DNA of 64,000 nt, taken from assembly GCF_963921235.1 (NCBI RefSeq), contig NC_086109.1:30444001-30508000 (forward strand). The letters are read 5' to 3'. Shown one piece after another: positions 25,001 to 38,616 of the stretch. The stretch's first letter is position 1. Each line of letters starts with the position of its first letter. Source of the DNA: Mobula hypostoma (Eukaryota). The notes beneath the pieces are model-generated. The model saw only the letters and a list, made by a program, of their open reading frames with translations, was not told the origin of the DNA and made no database searches. Position numbers and translations under genes: made by a program.

Positions 25001-25716
25001 TTGCCTTGTATCATTCGATGGACTCAGTTGTAGGAGGTGAGGATATTTTGAGAAGACTCAGGAATCCCAGTCACTCATCTGAACAATGATCAGAAATCTG
25101 GTCACACCTGTACATCAGAAGTGAACCTTTATTTGCTGTAATCAACTCTCAAATAAAATTATAAATACATTCCCTGAAGTAGCACATGAGTGGATCAGCT
25201 TACCTTTATTACAGGCTGTTCTCTGGTGCGTGGTCTTTACTGTTTCTATAGGACAGCAAGATAGGTGTGCTTTGTACCAAGAAACATGCAATAAAAAGTT
25301 CTAATATGCATGGCAAATGCTGTAACTCCATCAAATTCTGTTGCTGATTTTATACCCCGAAATACACCATTTGTCATTAGATAGTCTAGGACAGCCCAAT
25401 CTCAGCCAGTCTTCTATGCTGAATTAGATCTGCATACCCAACAGCTCTCAACTCTCAGAAGTGCAAAATTTTCCAATGTAGCAACATTCCAGCTTTGAAG
25501 TCTTTTTTCCCCCGCTTAAGATCCTCACATGCTCCAAACTTCCCATCTCTGTAACTGCCTCCAGCCTTATGAACTTACAGGAACACTGTATTCTTCTGAA
25601 TCTGGCCCGATATCACCTTGTTGATCAGAATAACAACTGAATCTCTTGACCATGCCTGCATGCTTTTATGAATTGAGTACTACCACATGATTGGCTGATT
25701 ACATGTATGCATTAAC

Positions 25717-25861
25717 TATTTCTTTCTCTCTCTGAATCTCTCTTTCTTTCTCTCTCCTTTCCCTCCCTTTCTTTCTATTTCTCTCAGTCTTTTTCTTTTT
25801 TCTCTCTCTTTTTCTCTATTTTTCTTTCTTTCTCTCTCTCTTTCTTTCTTTCTCTTTCTCT
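25717..25861. repeat. Polypyrimidine (CT/CTTT) low-complexity tract
   Basis: About 145 bp almost exclusively C/T. Confidence 0.9.
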
Positions 25862-28800
25862 AAAGGTGATGGTAGCTTGTCACTACAGAAATGTTTGGAA
25901 TCAGAGTACTGAGGATTCTGCCAGTGTGTTACCCGCTCTACCAGACAAATAATCTGACATGCTTAAGTCCGAGATTAAAAATGATAAAATATTTTCGATA
26001 ATGCCGTGTAATGGTGTTAATTGATACCCCAATAAAATGAAAATACAAGGTGGAAAGTACTCAATAATTTAGATGGTGAATGCATTGTAAATAATTCACA
26101 TTCCTTCCTGTGTCAAAAGGATTCTTTTGAATGGCATTTGCCATTAGATCCCATGGTGTATTAATCAGGTTTGAAATATTTCTGCTTCTCTGTGATGCTG
26201 CAAGCTGATTCAAATCAAAAATATTTAGATGTTGTAATTACATTTTATAACTTTTATGGTCCAATGGATGAAACAGATACAATTCTTTTCCACAATAAGA
26301 AGTAAAATTTCAATACTTAATTTGCTAAATAGATGGCAAAATTATTTGATGAAGGATATTCCTATGTTCTCTAGAATCCCATCAACAGCACACTCAGTAG
26401 TACCCCGTACATTAATCTTTCCCAAGTAGTGCTTAGTGAATTTCAACCGCTTCCAGACTCCGTAATGGTAGTTCAACTTTGAATCAGTTTATCAGTCTTG
26501 TTCACAGACTAAACAAAAAAAAAAATCTGTTCTGATTATTTCTTTGAAAATGGAGCATATTTCAAGGTGGCTGTCAGCACTTGAAGAGTTAAAACTCCTC
26601 ATTTTGAGATGACCATGTCTTCAGACATACATGTTTTTTAACTCTGTTTTTTCAATGAATAATTGGATGGTTTGAAGTTACATCGGTTGACTAATTTATT
26701 AGTCAAATGCCTGGAGTATTCAGATAAATATAAACAATCTGGGGTTCATCCTTCATGGAGCTGGAACTAATTCTTATTCTAACATTGATTCAATATGCCT
26801 CAAGTTACAAAATGCTGCTGTGTGAAGTGAAGCCAACTGAAGAAGTTTCTGTGGATTACTATTAAGAACTATAGAAATTAGAGTCACCTCAGGCAATTAA
26901 TAAAGCCGCTGTTGAAATTATTATCGTTAAATTGCATTGGGTTGTTGGATAGAATTCCAATTTTAATATCATTTTATTGCCCATGATGAACTTTCACAAT
27001 GAAATTTTGTTTGGTCGGTGATGAGATCCAGAAGTCTCAATTTTATTGCTGGTTGTCATACAACATTGTGCACTGATCTGAAATCAACATTCTGCAGAAT
27101 AATAATGCACTACTGTATGCTTTGGAATAACATTACCTATTTAAACTGAAACTATACCATGTATAATAATTTTTTAAGAAAAGTAACATGGGATTGAACA
27201 TGCTTTACGAGGTAGTACTATTTGAAAGACATAAAGGTTTTCTACGTTTTCAAATACAACCCTACTCTAATATATTTGATATTACTTATGAATAATTATC
27301 TGGAAATATATTGCAACAGGCAGAGTGGACACACACTAGAAATGCTAATCTTGTATTATTTATCTGACAAAATCCATTGTATTATTGTGTGTAATGTAAT
27401 AAAATATAACTACACTGGATTTATGCCAAGATCTCTAATACTTGAACAAAAAGCTTTTGTGCTGAGTACCAGATAATGGAATAGATTACTATTAGACTGC
27501 AGGTTTTGTAAAATGAACAAAAGAATGCCCTGCTTCAGAAAAGCCAGAGCTGAGAACATGTGTTCAAAGAGAAGATAACATTTACTTCTGTAAATAGTGC
27601 CCCAGATGCTCAACTATCCAGAACACATGGATAAAATATAAATAAGTATTTGATAATGGATCTGGCATAATTGTCATTCTGTTAAGGTGCTCTTGCCATT
27701 TAACAAGAATCTTCTCGGTGCTTATCACTTTCACAGATATATGATGGGAAACATTTCTCCATTCTATTTTATTACCATTGAGGTCTGGAGATAGAAGGGT
27801 TTTCAGGTGAGTACTGGCACTCCATACATTATTTTTACTTATATAGTTTATACCTTATCCAAAAACCTGCCTTAGTAATGACTCTGAGGCCACTGTGCAC
27901 AGCCTTATCATTGTCTAAATTAAACAGCAACTTTAAAATCACAGGTGCATTTGGTTAGGCACAGAAATTTGGTGTTGTTGTGAAGATTACCCTGTCCTTT
28001 CACTGATCATGTTTTTACTGCACCTTGTCAGTGAAAGCTTGATGTTGATCTCTTCGTAGTTGTGATACTTTATAAGAGAAAGAAATCTATGTGGTCAGCA
28101 AGAAATATATTTGAATTCATTTAAAAGTATAATTATTCCAAACAACATTTTTAACTAAGAAAAGATACTCTTTTAAGTATGGAATCTTATCTGTTCAGAA
28201 ATTATTTCTGCTTTCAACTGAAATTCTATTTAACTGCTTTACTTTATCTATCTTGCCCAATTTCCATTATGCTTTTATCCATGTACAGTATATGAATTAT
28301 CTTGCTTAATATTTTCTGGTTTAGATTGTGCATGATTCAAGGTTCTTCAATGCAATTTATTGTTGATGTGTCCTGTCAACAATATGACCTGTTAAGGCAG
28401 CATGCTGCACACAGATGTTGTATTGAAGTGCATCCCTGCTTCAAAGTTTGTTATTATATTCAGGGCAGCAGATTATCAGTCAAATAATAAATGCTGTTAA
28501 TTTACCACTAACAAAAAGCCCAAGCCTTTCATTTATTTTTTATCTCAATGTCTCCAGTATTCCAGCAAATTGACGCAGTCGAAGATCTCCACTCTGGATT
28601 TCTCAGGACTGCTCTGTATTCGAATAGAGATATGTTTGATAAAGAGATATTGATCACTGCAAATGTTTAACAGAAGATTTTGAGAAACTGATGAATAAGT
28701 AAAGAGTATTTATTGAACTTGTTTGTTAGATCTGCTTACATTTCTAAATATTACATGAAATATGGTTCATCTTTAATTAGTTTCTCTCAGATAAAAAGAA

Positions 28801-29199
28801 CTCGCAGTATCTTGCTGAGCGATGAGTCTCTATTGCTCCAAGATTCTTCACCCCGATGCATGCTGATTTCTCCTGTTCTTCTTCACCATCACTGTTGATG
28901 TCATGTTGGTGATCTTCAAAGGGCTTCATAACCACGGAGGCAATTTCTTTATAGGTTATTTGGTAAATAACAAGTACTTCAGCATTACATTTAATCCATT
29001 CTGTAACCTTCATAGTTCACGTTTTTTGTATGCAATAATAATTCGTATGTTTATCGCTTCACTTTAAAACTGTTAAAGTGTCTGATGTTTTCTTTGTTCA
29101 TGGAGTTGCTAATCTTGGACATGTGATGCCAGGCATTTCTTATCATTGCTTAAGTCACTGTCTCAAAGACCTGTGTAACTGTCTTAATGCTATTGCAAA

Positions 29200-29540
29200 C
29201 AATGCTGTCTTCCTCATCTTATCTTCACCTCCCTCTGGTGTCCCTCCCCTTTCCCTTTCTCCCATGGTCCATTGCCCTCATCTCTCAGCTTCTCACATCA
29301 TCCACCCACCTTCTCCCTCACCTAACTTGACCTATCACTTGTCAACTTGTATTCCGTCCTCTCCAACCACTTCTTATTCTAGCTTCATGCCCCTTCCTTT
29401 CCAGTCCTGATGAAGGGTCTGGGCTTGAAATGTTGACTGTTTATTCCTCTCCATAGATGCTGCCTGACTTGCTGAGTTCTTGCAGTATTTTGTGTGTGTT
29501 ACTCTGGGTATCCACTATCTGCAGAATCTCTTGTGCTTAT
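29200..29540 (+). mobile_element. Penelope-like pseudo-LTR fragment
   Basis: Pyrimidine-rich segment, then cagtcctgatgaagggtctgggcttgaaatgttgactg and the PLE terminal motif. Confidence 0.75.
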
Positions 29541-30099
29541 GATAAGGAGCTCTTTCTTGAATGTATCAATTACCCCAACAATTGAACTGGAATTGACCTG
29601 GAGATATGATAACCTGTCACACTTCACGCTGGTATTCTTCCGTCCTTCTGTTGGATTGGTGGGGTACAGCTAGTATGAAGAAATGCTGCAAATATTTTAA
29701 AACTCCAGAACCCAAAAGTCACGTCCAGAAGGAATGCATCTCGCAATTCTTCAGCAGACCCACACGGTATTTTCAAGCCCCTACCACAATGTGACAATCA
29801 AACCACCCAATGGTCTGTTCCAAAGTAGTCTAGGTTTACCTACTGCTTTTGTAATACATGGATGAGACCTGTCTACACTGGACATTTGGCTATCATCAGA
29901 GCTTACTCCTTTGTGTTCTAAGTTGCTAGTGGTCAGTTGGATGAACCTCTGTGGAGATCCCACTATGATGTCGGCAGTATGAGTGAAAAATGTTTGAGGT
30001 TCTGCATCTACAGTCACTCGGGTCTTAGTTTTCTTTGTGCTAAACACTGCCTATATTTCTATTCCAAGAAGTATGTGCTTTTAGATGTAGTAGCAAAAC

Positions 30100-31300
30100 A
30101 GATCTCAAGATAATAAAAGGAATAGATAGAGTGGATCGCCAGCGCCTCTTCCCCAGGGCACCACTGATCAATACAAGAGGACATGGCTTTGAGGTAAGGG
30201 GTGGGAAGTTCAAGGGGGATATTAGAGGAAGGCTTTTTTTACTCAGAGAGTGGTTGGTGCGTGGAATGCACTGCCTGAGTCAGTGGTGGAGGTAGTGTTA
30301 CGAGAATACACATAAAATTAAGATGTTTGCTGGCCTGGGCTAGCATCAGTGGCATCAGCAGTTGGTCTGCCACCTGCCCTCAGGGGAAGGAGAGATAAGG
30401 AACAATGGAGCAGCGTCTGGAGATGTGTAATGAAGGGATGTGGGAGAGGGAGCTGTCTGGAGCGGCTCCCCCCTTTGAACCCTGAACTGTTTGAAGTGAT
30501 GGACAGGCGATACCCCAGCAGGGGGATAAAAAGGGACAGGTTCGCTAAGACAGACACACACGCCACCCGAGGTAACGAGACCCTGGAAGCGGTGCGCCTC
30601 TCACGAGTGGTGAGAAGTACCGGACAACGCACAGGGTGGAAAGGTACGATCAGCGGGAACCCGGTGTGTGTCCGCCCTTGCCTGGGTGCCGGGTTCACTG
30701 CAGAGGATCGACCGCATCTGGAGGAGGGGTCACAGTCGGTGACCTCAGGTGACATCACCAAGGACCCGCCCAAAAGCTGTTTGTGAGCCATCTTGCTGGT
30801 CTGTGAGTGAAGCCGTTCTGAATGATGAGTTGTTCCTATTCTATCTCTCTCTTCCCCCACGTTGTCCACCGCCATGGCAACGATTACTGCGAACTGAACT
30901 ACTAAACTGGACTGAACTTTGAGTTATTTTGAAATTGGTCATTTACCCCTAGACAACGATAGAGCTTGATTGATGCTGTTATCTTAATTCTGTGCACATG
31001 TGTGTTTATCATCACTGAACTGTTGCATTTATTATCCTTTCGATTACTGTGTTGCTTGTTTCTTTAATAAAACTTTCTTAGTTCTAGTACTCCAGACTCC
31101 AACTGAGTGATCCATTTCTGCTGGTTTGGCAACCCAGTTACGGGGTACGTAACAGTAGATACAGTAGTGAAGTTTAAGAGACTACTAGACAGGTATATGG
31201 AGGAATTTAAGGTGGGGAGGTTATATGGGAGGCAGGGTTTGAGGGTCGGCACAACATTGTGGGCCGAAAGACCTGTACTGTGTTGTACTATTCTATTCTA
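30100..31300 (+). mobile_element. CR1 3' fragment interrupted by solo LTR copy 2
   Basis: TRGHG...FTQRVVGAWNALP before the LTR; FKRLLDRYM and the CR1 tail after it. Confidence 0.8.
30296..31154 (+). mobile_element. Solo LTR (859 bp), copy 2
   Basis: TGTTACG...CGTAACA, TSD GTAG, TATA-like GATAAAA near 30525, AATAAA near 31066. Confidence 0.92.
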
Positions 31301-31734
31301 TTCTTATTGGTATTACAAATTTATACAGGAGAAAGGTCTTAACTTCTTACCAACAGTGCAATTCAAATCAATGCATTTATCTGTGGCCTTTTTGTCTTTG
31401 ATTGTTTTCTTGGCAGTTGCTTTTATGTTGTGAATGTGATGGCAAGAATTATTTCAAGAATGAATAGGGAATCTGTATTGTGATTGCTAAAAACATAGTT
31501 TGTACCTAATGTGTCATACTGATCACTGGTGAACTGCATTCTGTTTAGAAAACCAATGTAGCAGCACATAGCAATTGTTCTGAAATAATGCAAATCATAG
31601 ATCTGACTTTTAAAGAGTTATTAAGAAACTGAACTCAGAGAATAAGAAGATTTAACACTATGACAACTGTATGCATGAATGATGAGAATTTTACCCTTTA
31701 AAAAAATGTAAGATAAATCAGCTCAAACCTATGT

Positions 31735-33020
31735 GTGTTCAAAGTTCAAAGTGAGTTTTATTATTAAAGTTCATACATGTCACCATATACAAACTTGAGA
31801 TTCATTTTCTTGTAGGCATACTCAACAAATCTTTAGAAAAGTAACTATAACAAGGTCATTGAAAAAATCAACCAGAGTGTAGAAGACAACAAACTATGCA
31901 ACAAATATTGAGAACATGAGATAAAGAGTCCTTGAAAGTGAGATTGTTGATTGTGAGAACATTTCAATGATAGGGCAAGTGAAGTTGACTGTAGTTATCC
32001 CTTTTTCTTCAAGAGCCTGATGGTTGTGGGGTAGTAACTGTTCTTAAACCTGATGGTGCGAGTCTTGGGACTCTTGTACCTTCTACCTGATGGCAGCAAG
32101 TGAGAAGAGTGCATAACCTGGGTGGTGGGGATCTCTGATGATGTATGCTGCTTTCCTATGACAGTGTTTCATGTAGATTGCTTAGTAATTGGGAGGGTTT
32201 TCCTGTGATGCACTGGACCGAATCCATTATTTTTTGTAGGACATATTGAAAGGTGACTGGGAATACTGGGATACACTGTTGAACTGGAGGTCAACAATGA
32301 TGTGGAAGCATTTGGAAAATTTAAGTTAAAATTATATAAAATGATTAAGTATGTAGTGCAAAAACAGGGAAAAATAATACTGAGGAAGTATTCACTGTTT
32401 CATTGTCCATTCAGAAATCTGATGGCGGAGGGGAAGAAGCTGTTCCTGAAGTGTTGAGTGTGTGTCTTCAGGCTCCTGTACCTCTTCCTTAAGAAAAAGG
32501 CAAGTTCTGGGTGATGGGGGTTATTAATGATAGATATTGCCTTTTGAAGTTGTCCTGGATGCTGGGGAGCTAGTGCCCATGATAGATCTGCCTGAGTTTA
32601 CAACTTTCTGCAGCTTTTTCTGATCCTGTGAAGTGGGCACTGCATACTAGATGGCAATGCAAACAATTGGAATGTTTTTCCCTGTAAATTTGTAGAAATT
32701 TGTGAGTGCCTTTGGTGACAATACCAATTCTCACACTCCTAATGAAATATATGTGTTGTCATGCCTTTGTGTAATGTCTTTAATATGTTAGGTCTGGGAT
32801 AGATCCTCAAAAACATAGACATCCAGGAACTTGAAACTGCTAACCCTTTCTACTTCTGATCCCTCAATCAGGACTAGTACGTTTTCCTGCAACTTATCCT
32901 TCCTGAAGTCCACAATCAATTATTTGGCCTTCCTGATGTTGAGTGCAAAAGGTTATTGCTGCGACACCACTCAAGCTGCTAATCTACGTCACTCCTGTAT
33001 GCCCCCACAATAACTAAGTC
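31735..33020 (-). mobile_element. Two decayed Rex1/Babar LINE 3' fragments
   Basis: Minus strand encodes PSGRRYKSPKTRTIRFKN (Rex1 C-terminus); tttgaactttgaac tail. Confidence 0.65.
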
Positions 33021-33039
33021 ATTGACAAATTTAGAGATT

Positions 33040-33609
33040 TTGAGACCACACCTGGAGTACTGTGTGCAGTTTTGGTCTCCAAATTTGAGGAAGGACATTC
33101 TTGTTATTGAGGGAGTGCAGCGGAGGTTCACAAGGTTAATTCTCGGGATGGCGGGACTGTCATATGTCGAAAGATTGGAGCGACTGGGCTTGTATACTCT
33201 GGAATTTAGAAGGCTGAGAGGGGATCTTTTTGAAATATATAAGATTATTAAGGGATTGGACACGCTGGAGGCAGGAAGAATGTTCCCGCTGATGGGTGAG
33301 TCCAGAACCAGAGGCCACAGTTTGAGAATAATGGGTAGGCCATTTAGAACAGAGTTGTGGAAAAACTTTTTCACCCAGAGAGTGGTGGATATATGGAATG
33401 CTCTGCCCCAGAAGGCTGTGGAGGCCAAGTCTCTGGATGCTTTCAAGAAAGAGATGGATAGAGCTCTTAAAGATAGCGGAATCAAAGGTTATGGGGATAA
33501 GGCAGGAACTGGATACTGATTGTGGATGATCAGCCATGATCACAATAAATGGCGGTGCTGGCTCAAAGGGCCAAATGGCCTACTCCTGCACCTATTGTCT
33601 ATTGTCTAT
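33040..33609 (+). mobile_element. CR1 3' fragment (ORF2 C-terminus and UTR)
   Basis: ORF 33022-33519 RPHLEYCVQFWSP...WNALP; (ATTGTCT)n tail. Confidence 0.9.
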
Positions 33610-35237
33610 AGATGGCACTTGAGTTGTGTGTAACCCCAGAGTTATGGGTGTAGAGAGAGTAAAGCATGCATCCTTGAGGTGCTTCATTGTTAATTTTCAG
33701 TGAGGAGGATATGTTATTTCCAATCCACACAGTCTGTGGTTCGCATTATCCTTTCGTAGACAGGAGAGAAGTGACCAAATCTTTTGAACAGGAGACATCA
33801 CACAATAAAAATCCGAAGACGATCCTTGAAAACTTCAGCCAATTCCTCAAAACGAAAATGATTCACTGATGTATGTTACAAATACTGAATTTAGACCATA
33901 ACATACAGGAGTGGAATTGGCCCTTTCAACACATTGATTCTGCTCCACCATTCATCATGGTTGATTTATTATCCCTCTGAACCCCATTCTCCTGCTTTCT
34001 CCTCGTAACCTTTGACACTCTTACTAATCAAGAACCAATTAATCTCCACTTTAAAAAAAACAATGACTTGGCCTCCACAGCTGTCTGATGCAATGAATTC
34101 ATTTGAAGAATATGGGGTCATTCATATGGGGTTAACATCCTTGCTCTTGTGTTCTGGTCCTCAAAATTAGTGTTATCATTGCATTTGTCTTCCTTACCAC
34201 CAACTCAGCCTCCAAGTTAACCCTTACGGAATTGTGCACAAGGAGCCCCAAGTCTCTTGCTTTTATTCCAAGTCCCTTATGCCTAAATGACAGAATGTTC
34301 CTTCATTCTCTGTATTAATAAATTCATTAAAGGGCCCAGAAACACTGTTTAAACACGGATTCAGTTAAATGAATAAGAAGTTGATGGATCAGTTCATTTG
34401 GGGCCCCACATAGCCTGAATATTATCTCCCATAAGCAGAAAGCTGGGAGTGAGATAGGAAAAGTTTCTGTTCTCCAGGCTTTAAGATATAACCAGAACAC
34501 ATTGAGTCACAAATTCGCCAATGAATTCTGAAGTGCCAACCTGCATAAAACCTCCATATCAGTTGTAGAAAAGGAAGAAGAATGCTTTTTGTGCTCCTGA
34601 AGTCCCAATGGACTTCTATGGTTATTTTAGATCCAACAGACTTGAATTAAAAGGAATACAACCTTACCTCAGCTCTGAAAGCAATCAAACCAGCTCTGGT
34701 AGAGGACAAGTTTTTCAGAAACCTCAATGCAAGAAATCAATAGTGGAACGTAAACTTATGAGGAGGTTTCAGTGTTAATGACATTTAACATACTATTTGG
34801 ATAACACAAGTTCCAATATATGTAGTAACTTTGTGCTGCTGCAAGTATAGGCCACTAGACTGCCATTAACAGAGCATTCCTAATAAGGACAGTAGTTCTC
34901 AGTCAAAGTAGTCATGTTTGGTATAACGATGTACCAAAGTCAAATGATGTATTATATTCAATTATTAAAGATACCCTTACTTATGCATGACATAATGATA
35001 TAACATGTTGCACGACATCTAATCATTGCCCTTGGATTAGGAATCTTTGTTGTGGATTGGGTGCATCTTTTTTTTATTCATTATGGGATGAGGATATTGT
35101 TAAGAAGGCCAGCATTTATTGTTCCTTTTTTAATTACCTTCTAAGTGATAGTGTTGAGCCCCACTGCAATTCTAATGCAGTAACACTCACAACACGCTGG
35201 AGGAACTCAGCAGGTCAGGCAGCATCCGTGGAAACGA

Positions 35238-35277
35238 TCAGTCAACGTTTCGGGCCAGAACCCTTCATCGGGACTGA
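35238..35277 (-). ncRNA. Hammerhead ribozyme copy with a core substitution (CCGAUGA)
   Basis: Inverted counterpart of 36722-36761 with U4 changed to C. Confidence 0.6.
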
Positions 35278-36130
35278 AGAGGGAAGGGGCAGAGGCTCTA
35301 TAAGGAAGGTGGGGCGAGGGAGGTGGGTGGGAAGGAGAAGGCTGGTAGGTCCCAGGTGAAAAACCAGTAGGGGGAAAGATAAAGGGGTGGGAGAGGGGAA
35401 GCAGGGAGGTGATAGGCAGGAAAGGTGAAGAAGGAATAGGGGAAAACACAATGGGTAGTAGAAGGAGGTGGAACCATGAGGGAGGTGGTAGGCAGTTGGA
35501 GGAGGGGGCAGAGTGAAATAGGGATAAGGGAAGGGAGGGGAAGGGAATTACCAGAAGTTGGAGAATTCCATGTTCATACCAAGGAGCTGGAGACTACCTA
35601 GATGGAGGTGTTGCTCCTCCAGCCTGAGTTTAGCCTCATCATGGCAGTAGAGGAGGCCATGTATGGACATATCTGAATGGGAATGGGAAGCAGAGTTGAA
35701 GTAGGTGGCAACGAGAGGATCCTGTCTGTTGTGGTGGACGGAGTGCAGGTGCTAGATGAAGTGGTCCCCCAATCTGCGTCGGGTTTCACGGATGTAGAGG
35801 AGGCTGCACCGGGAGCACCGGATGCAATAGATGACCCCAACAGACTCACAAATGAAGTGTTGCCTCGCCTAGAAGGACTGTTTAGGGCCCTGAATGGTGG
35901 CAAGAGAGGAGGTGTAGGGACAGGTGTAGCACTTACGCTTACAGGGATAAGTGCCGGGTGGAAGATCCATGGGGAGGGACGTGTGGATCAGGGAGTCGCG
36001 GAGGGACTGATCCCTGCGGAAAGTGGAGAGGGGTGGAGAGGGAAAGATGTGCTTAGTGGTGGGGTCCTGTTGAAGGTGACAGAATTTGCGGAGGATAATG
36101 TGCTGGACCTGGAGGCTTGTGGGGTGGTAG

Positions 36131-36412
36131 GTGAGGAAACACTTCACTTGTGAGTCTGTTGGGGTCATCTATTGCATCCGGTGCTCCCGGTGCGGCCTCC
36201 TCTACATCGGTGAAACCCGACGCAGATTGGGGGACTGCTTTGTCGAGCACCTCTGCCCCATCCGCCACAACAGACAGGATCTCCCGGTTGCCACCCACTT
36301 CAACTCTGCTTCCCATTCTCATTCAGATATGTCCATACGTGGCCTCCTCTACTGGGCCATGATGAGGCTAAACTCAGGTTGGAGGAGCAACACCTCTTAT
36401 ACCGTCTGGTAG
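36131..36412 (+). pseudogene. Penelope GIY-YIG endonuclease remnant
   Basis: FTCESVGVIYCIRCSRCGLLYIGETRRRLGDCFVEHL...PVATHFNS. Confidence 0.88.
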
Positions 36413-36721
36413 TCTCCAGCCCCTTGGTATGAACATAGAATTCTCCAACTTCTGGTAATTCCCTCCCCCTCCCTTCCCTTATCCCTATTTTGCTCTTCCC
36501 CCTCCCCCAGCTGCCTATCACCTCCCTCATGGTTCCACCTCCTTCTACTACCTATTGTGTTTTCCCTTATTCCTTCTTCACCTTTCCTGCGTATCACCTC
36601 CCTGCTTTCCCTCCCCCACCCCTTTGTCTTTCCCCTTACTGGTTTTTCACCTGGAACCTACCAGCCTTCTCCTTCCCACCCTCCCCCAACCTGCTTTATA
36701 GGGCCTCTGCCCCTTCCCTCT

Positions 36722-36761
36722 TCAGTCCTGACGAAGGGTTCCGGCCCGAAACGTTGACTGA
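36722..36761 (+). ncRNA. Minimal type I hammerhead ribozyme (Penelope-type)
   Basis: UCAGUC/GACUGA stem I; CUGACGA core; GGGU-UCCG-GCCC stem II; GAAA; A-CG-U palindromic stem III; GUU cleavage triplet. Confidence 0.8.
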
Positions 36762-38616
36762 TGGTTTCCACGGATGCTGCCCGACCTGCTGAGTTCCTCC
36801 AGCATGTCGTGAGTGTTGCTTTGACCCCAGCATCTGCAGAGTATTTTGTGTTTACGATTCTAATACGGTAGGTAGTCAAATTTTGGAATATCAATAACAA
36901 CATATAGTTAGCATTTTTAAAAAGGAATATCAATCCATGCATTTTGACAATCATTTCTTATCTGCTTATTTCTATTATTTCTATTGCAGCTCTCCCTGAA
37001 TTCTTTTATCAATCACCTCCACAAGGGATAATTAAAATAGCTGATAAGCCTACCATATTTGGAGTGTGGGTGGGACCAATGTGCCTCAGGAAAACCCAAG
37101 CACACAGTTACTATCTATATCAAGGTTGAATCCCAGTCACAGGAGCTGTGTGATCCTGGATAGGCCCTATGCTGATCTGAGCCTTCCTGTTTCAGGGATC
37201 TGCATGCTGAAAGGCATAGTGCAGTTCAAAAGCAAGTGCTTGTGTGTTTGCCAGCCACTTGAAGATCCAGACCCCTGATTGTACAAAAATGGAAAGTACT
37301 GGAACGAAGAGCTACTACATTGGTGAGGTTCTGTTGAGCAGAGAGACCTCAAGATAGTCATATTTTTGGAGGAAACAAATCATCACCAACCCTGTACTAG
37401 CATAGTTAACTGGCCTGCAACTTGGACGTGAATTACCAGAAATGCATTCAACAGATTCAGTAATGATATGAAACAATTGATACAGTATCAATTCAATTTT
37501 AGAATGGAAAAATGCAGACTCATTGATCGACGTTTCGCTTCAGATCTCCTTCAGAGAATCACTTCTTGTTTAGAAGCTGTAAAGGCATCTCTTTGTGAAA
37601 GCTGCTAATAGTTTCCTTAAACACTTCAAAGTGATCTACAAAATACGAAAGTTATGGTAGAAATTAAACGCTGATTCAAATCATGCCCGATAAAGAAATA
37701 CGTTTTATGAATGCATCTATTCTCTGCAACACTAAGTGTTATCATTCATGAAAAGAATAAGAATGGAAACACTCTGAGAGCTAGCAAATAGCTTCCTTCC
37801 ATACCAAATGAAAATATGAACCACACACACAGTTGCTTTCACTCCTAGAAATGAGGTGACAACCAATGAGTGTCAAGCTATTGCTTAAATTAAAAAAAGG
37901 AAAATAATTGTTTTAGTGTTGACGAACTAGTCACTCTGTTGTACAGATGCTCATTAACCTCATGAATATCCCCATAATTTCTGACTTTATTTGCTATTTA
38001 AATTGAATTTAATATTTGATATTCACAAAATGTTCAATAGTATCCAATCACTATGGAAAAAAGGTTTTTAAAAGTGTCATTTTTTTGAAATAAAGCACTT
38101 CAGCTAAGAGTATGTAATCAAATAAAATAGAAAGTCACCCTTGTCTTCCCCAGGTTGTTTTTCCTTCCTGTTCTGGGTTATAGGTCCTCTGTAATAGCAA
38201 ATTATTCAGTAAGTAGGGAGCTGGGCACACTGAGGAAGTCTCTACTACTCTGATAAGAAGTCCTGGTATTGAATTTCTTTCCTTGAGCTTCCTCAGTCAA
38301 ATCATGTAAAACTGGGCAAATCCATGTGGGTCTACTGGATTTCAATCCAAGACCTACCCCGATGGAATTAAAGCAAAAATTATTTCCAGTACATTTTCAT
38401 TTTCTGTGAGTTTCTGTGCTAGTTAGAACACATTGTTTCAAGTGTAACCCTCTCACTGGGCTCATTAGTTAACTCTGCTAACAGCCACGTGACTCAGCGG
38501 TGGGAAGGCCACCTTTCACAAACAATATACGTCTAGGGTCAATATGATTTGGGGCTCAACCATACAGGAATGTCGTGATGTTCTGATTAAAGAAACCTTC
38601 ACTTGAATCAATGCTG

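Larger units (their letters stand above)
35183..36856. mobile_element. Penelope-like element with inverted pseudo-LTR
   Basis: Minus arm 35183-36130 and plus arm 36131-36856; GIY-YIG motif VIYCIRCSRCGLLYIGET; 14-bp TSD attctaatgcagta / attctaatacggta (12/14). Confidence 0.9.

Noticed and set aside
26400..26510. Minus-strand terminal exon after a strong acceptor
   Set aside because: All three frames stop within 12 codons and nothing links it to other exons.
35677..36153. 158-aa ORF duplicated in inverse at 36053-36322
   Set aside because: Antisense of the Penelope GIY-YIG region; the duplication is the inverted repeat.
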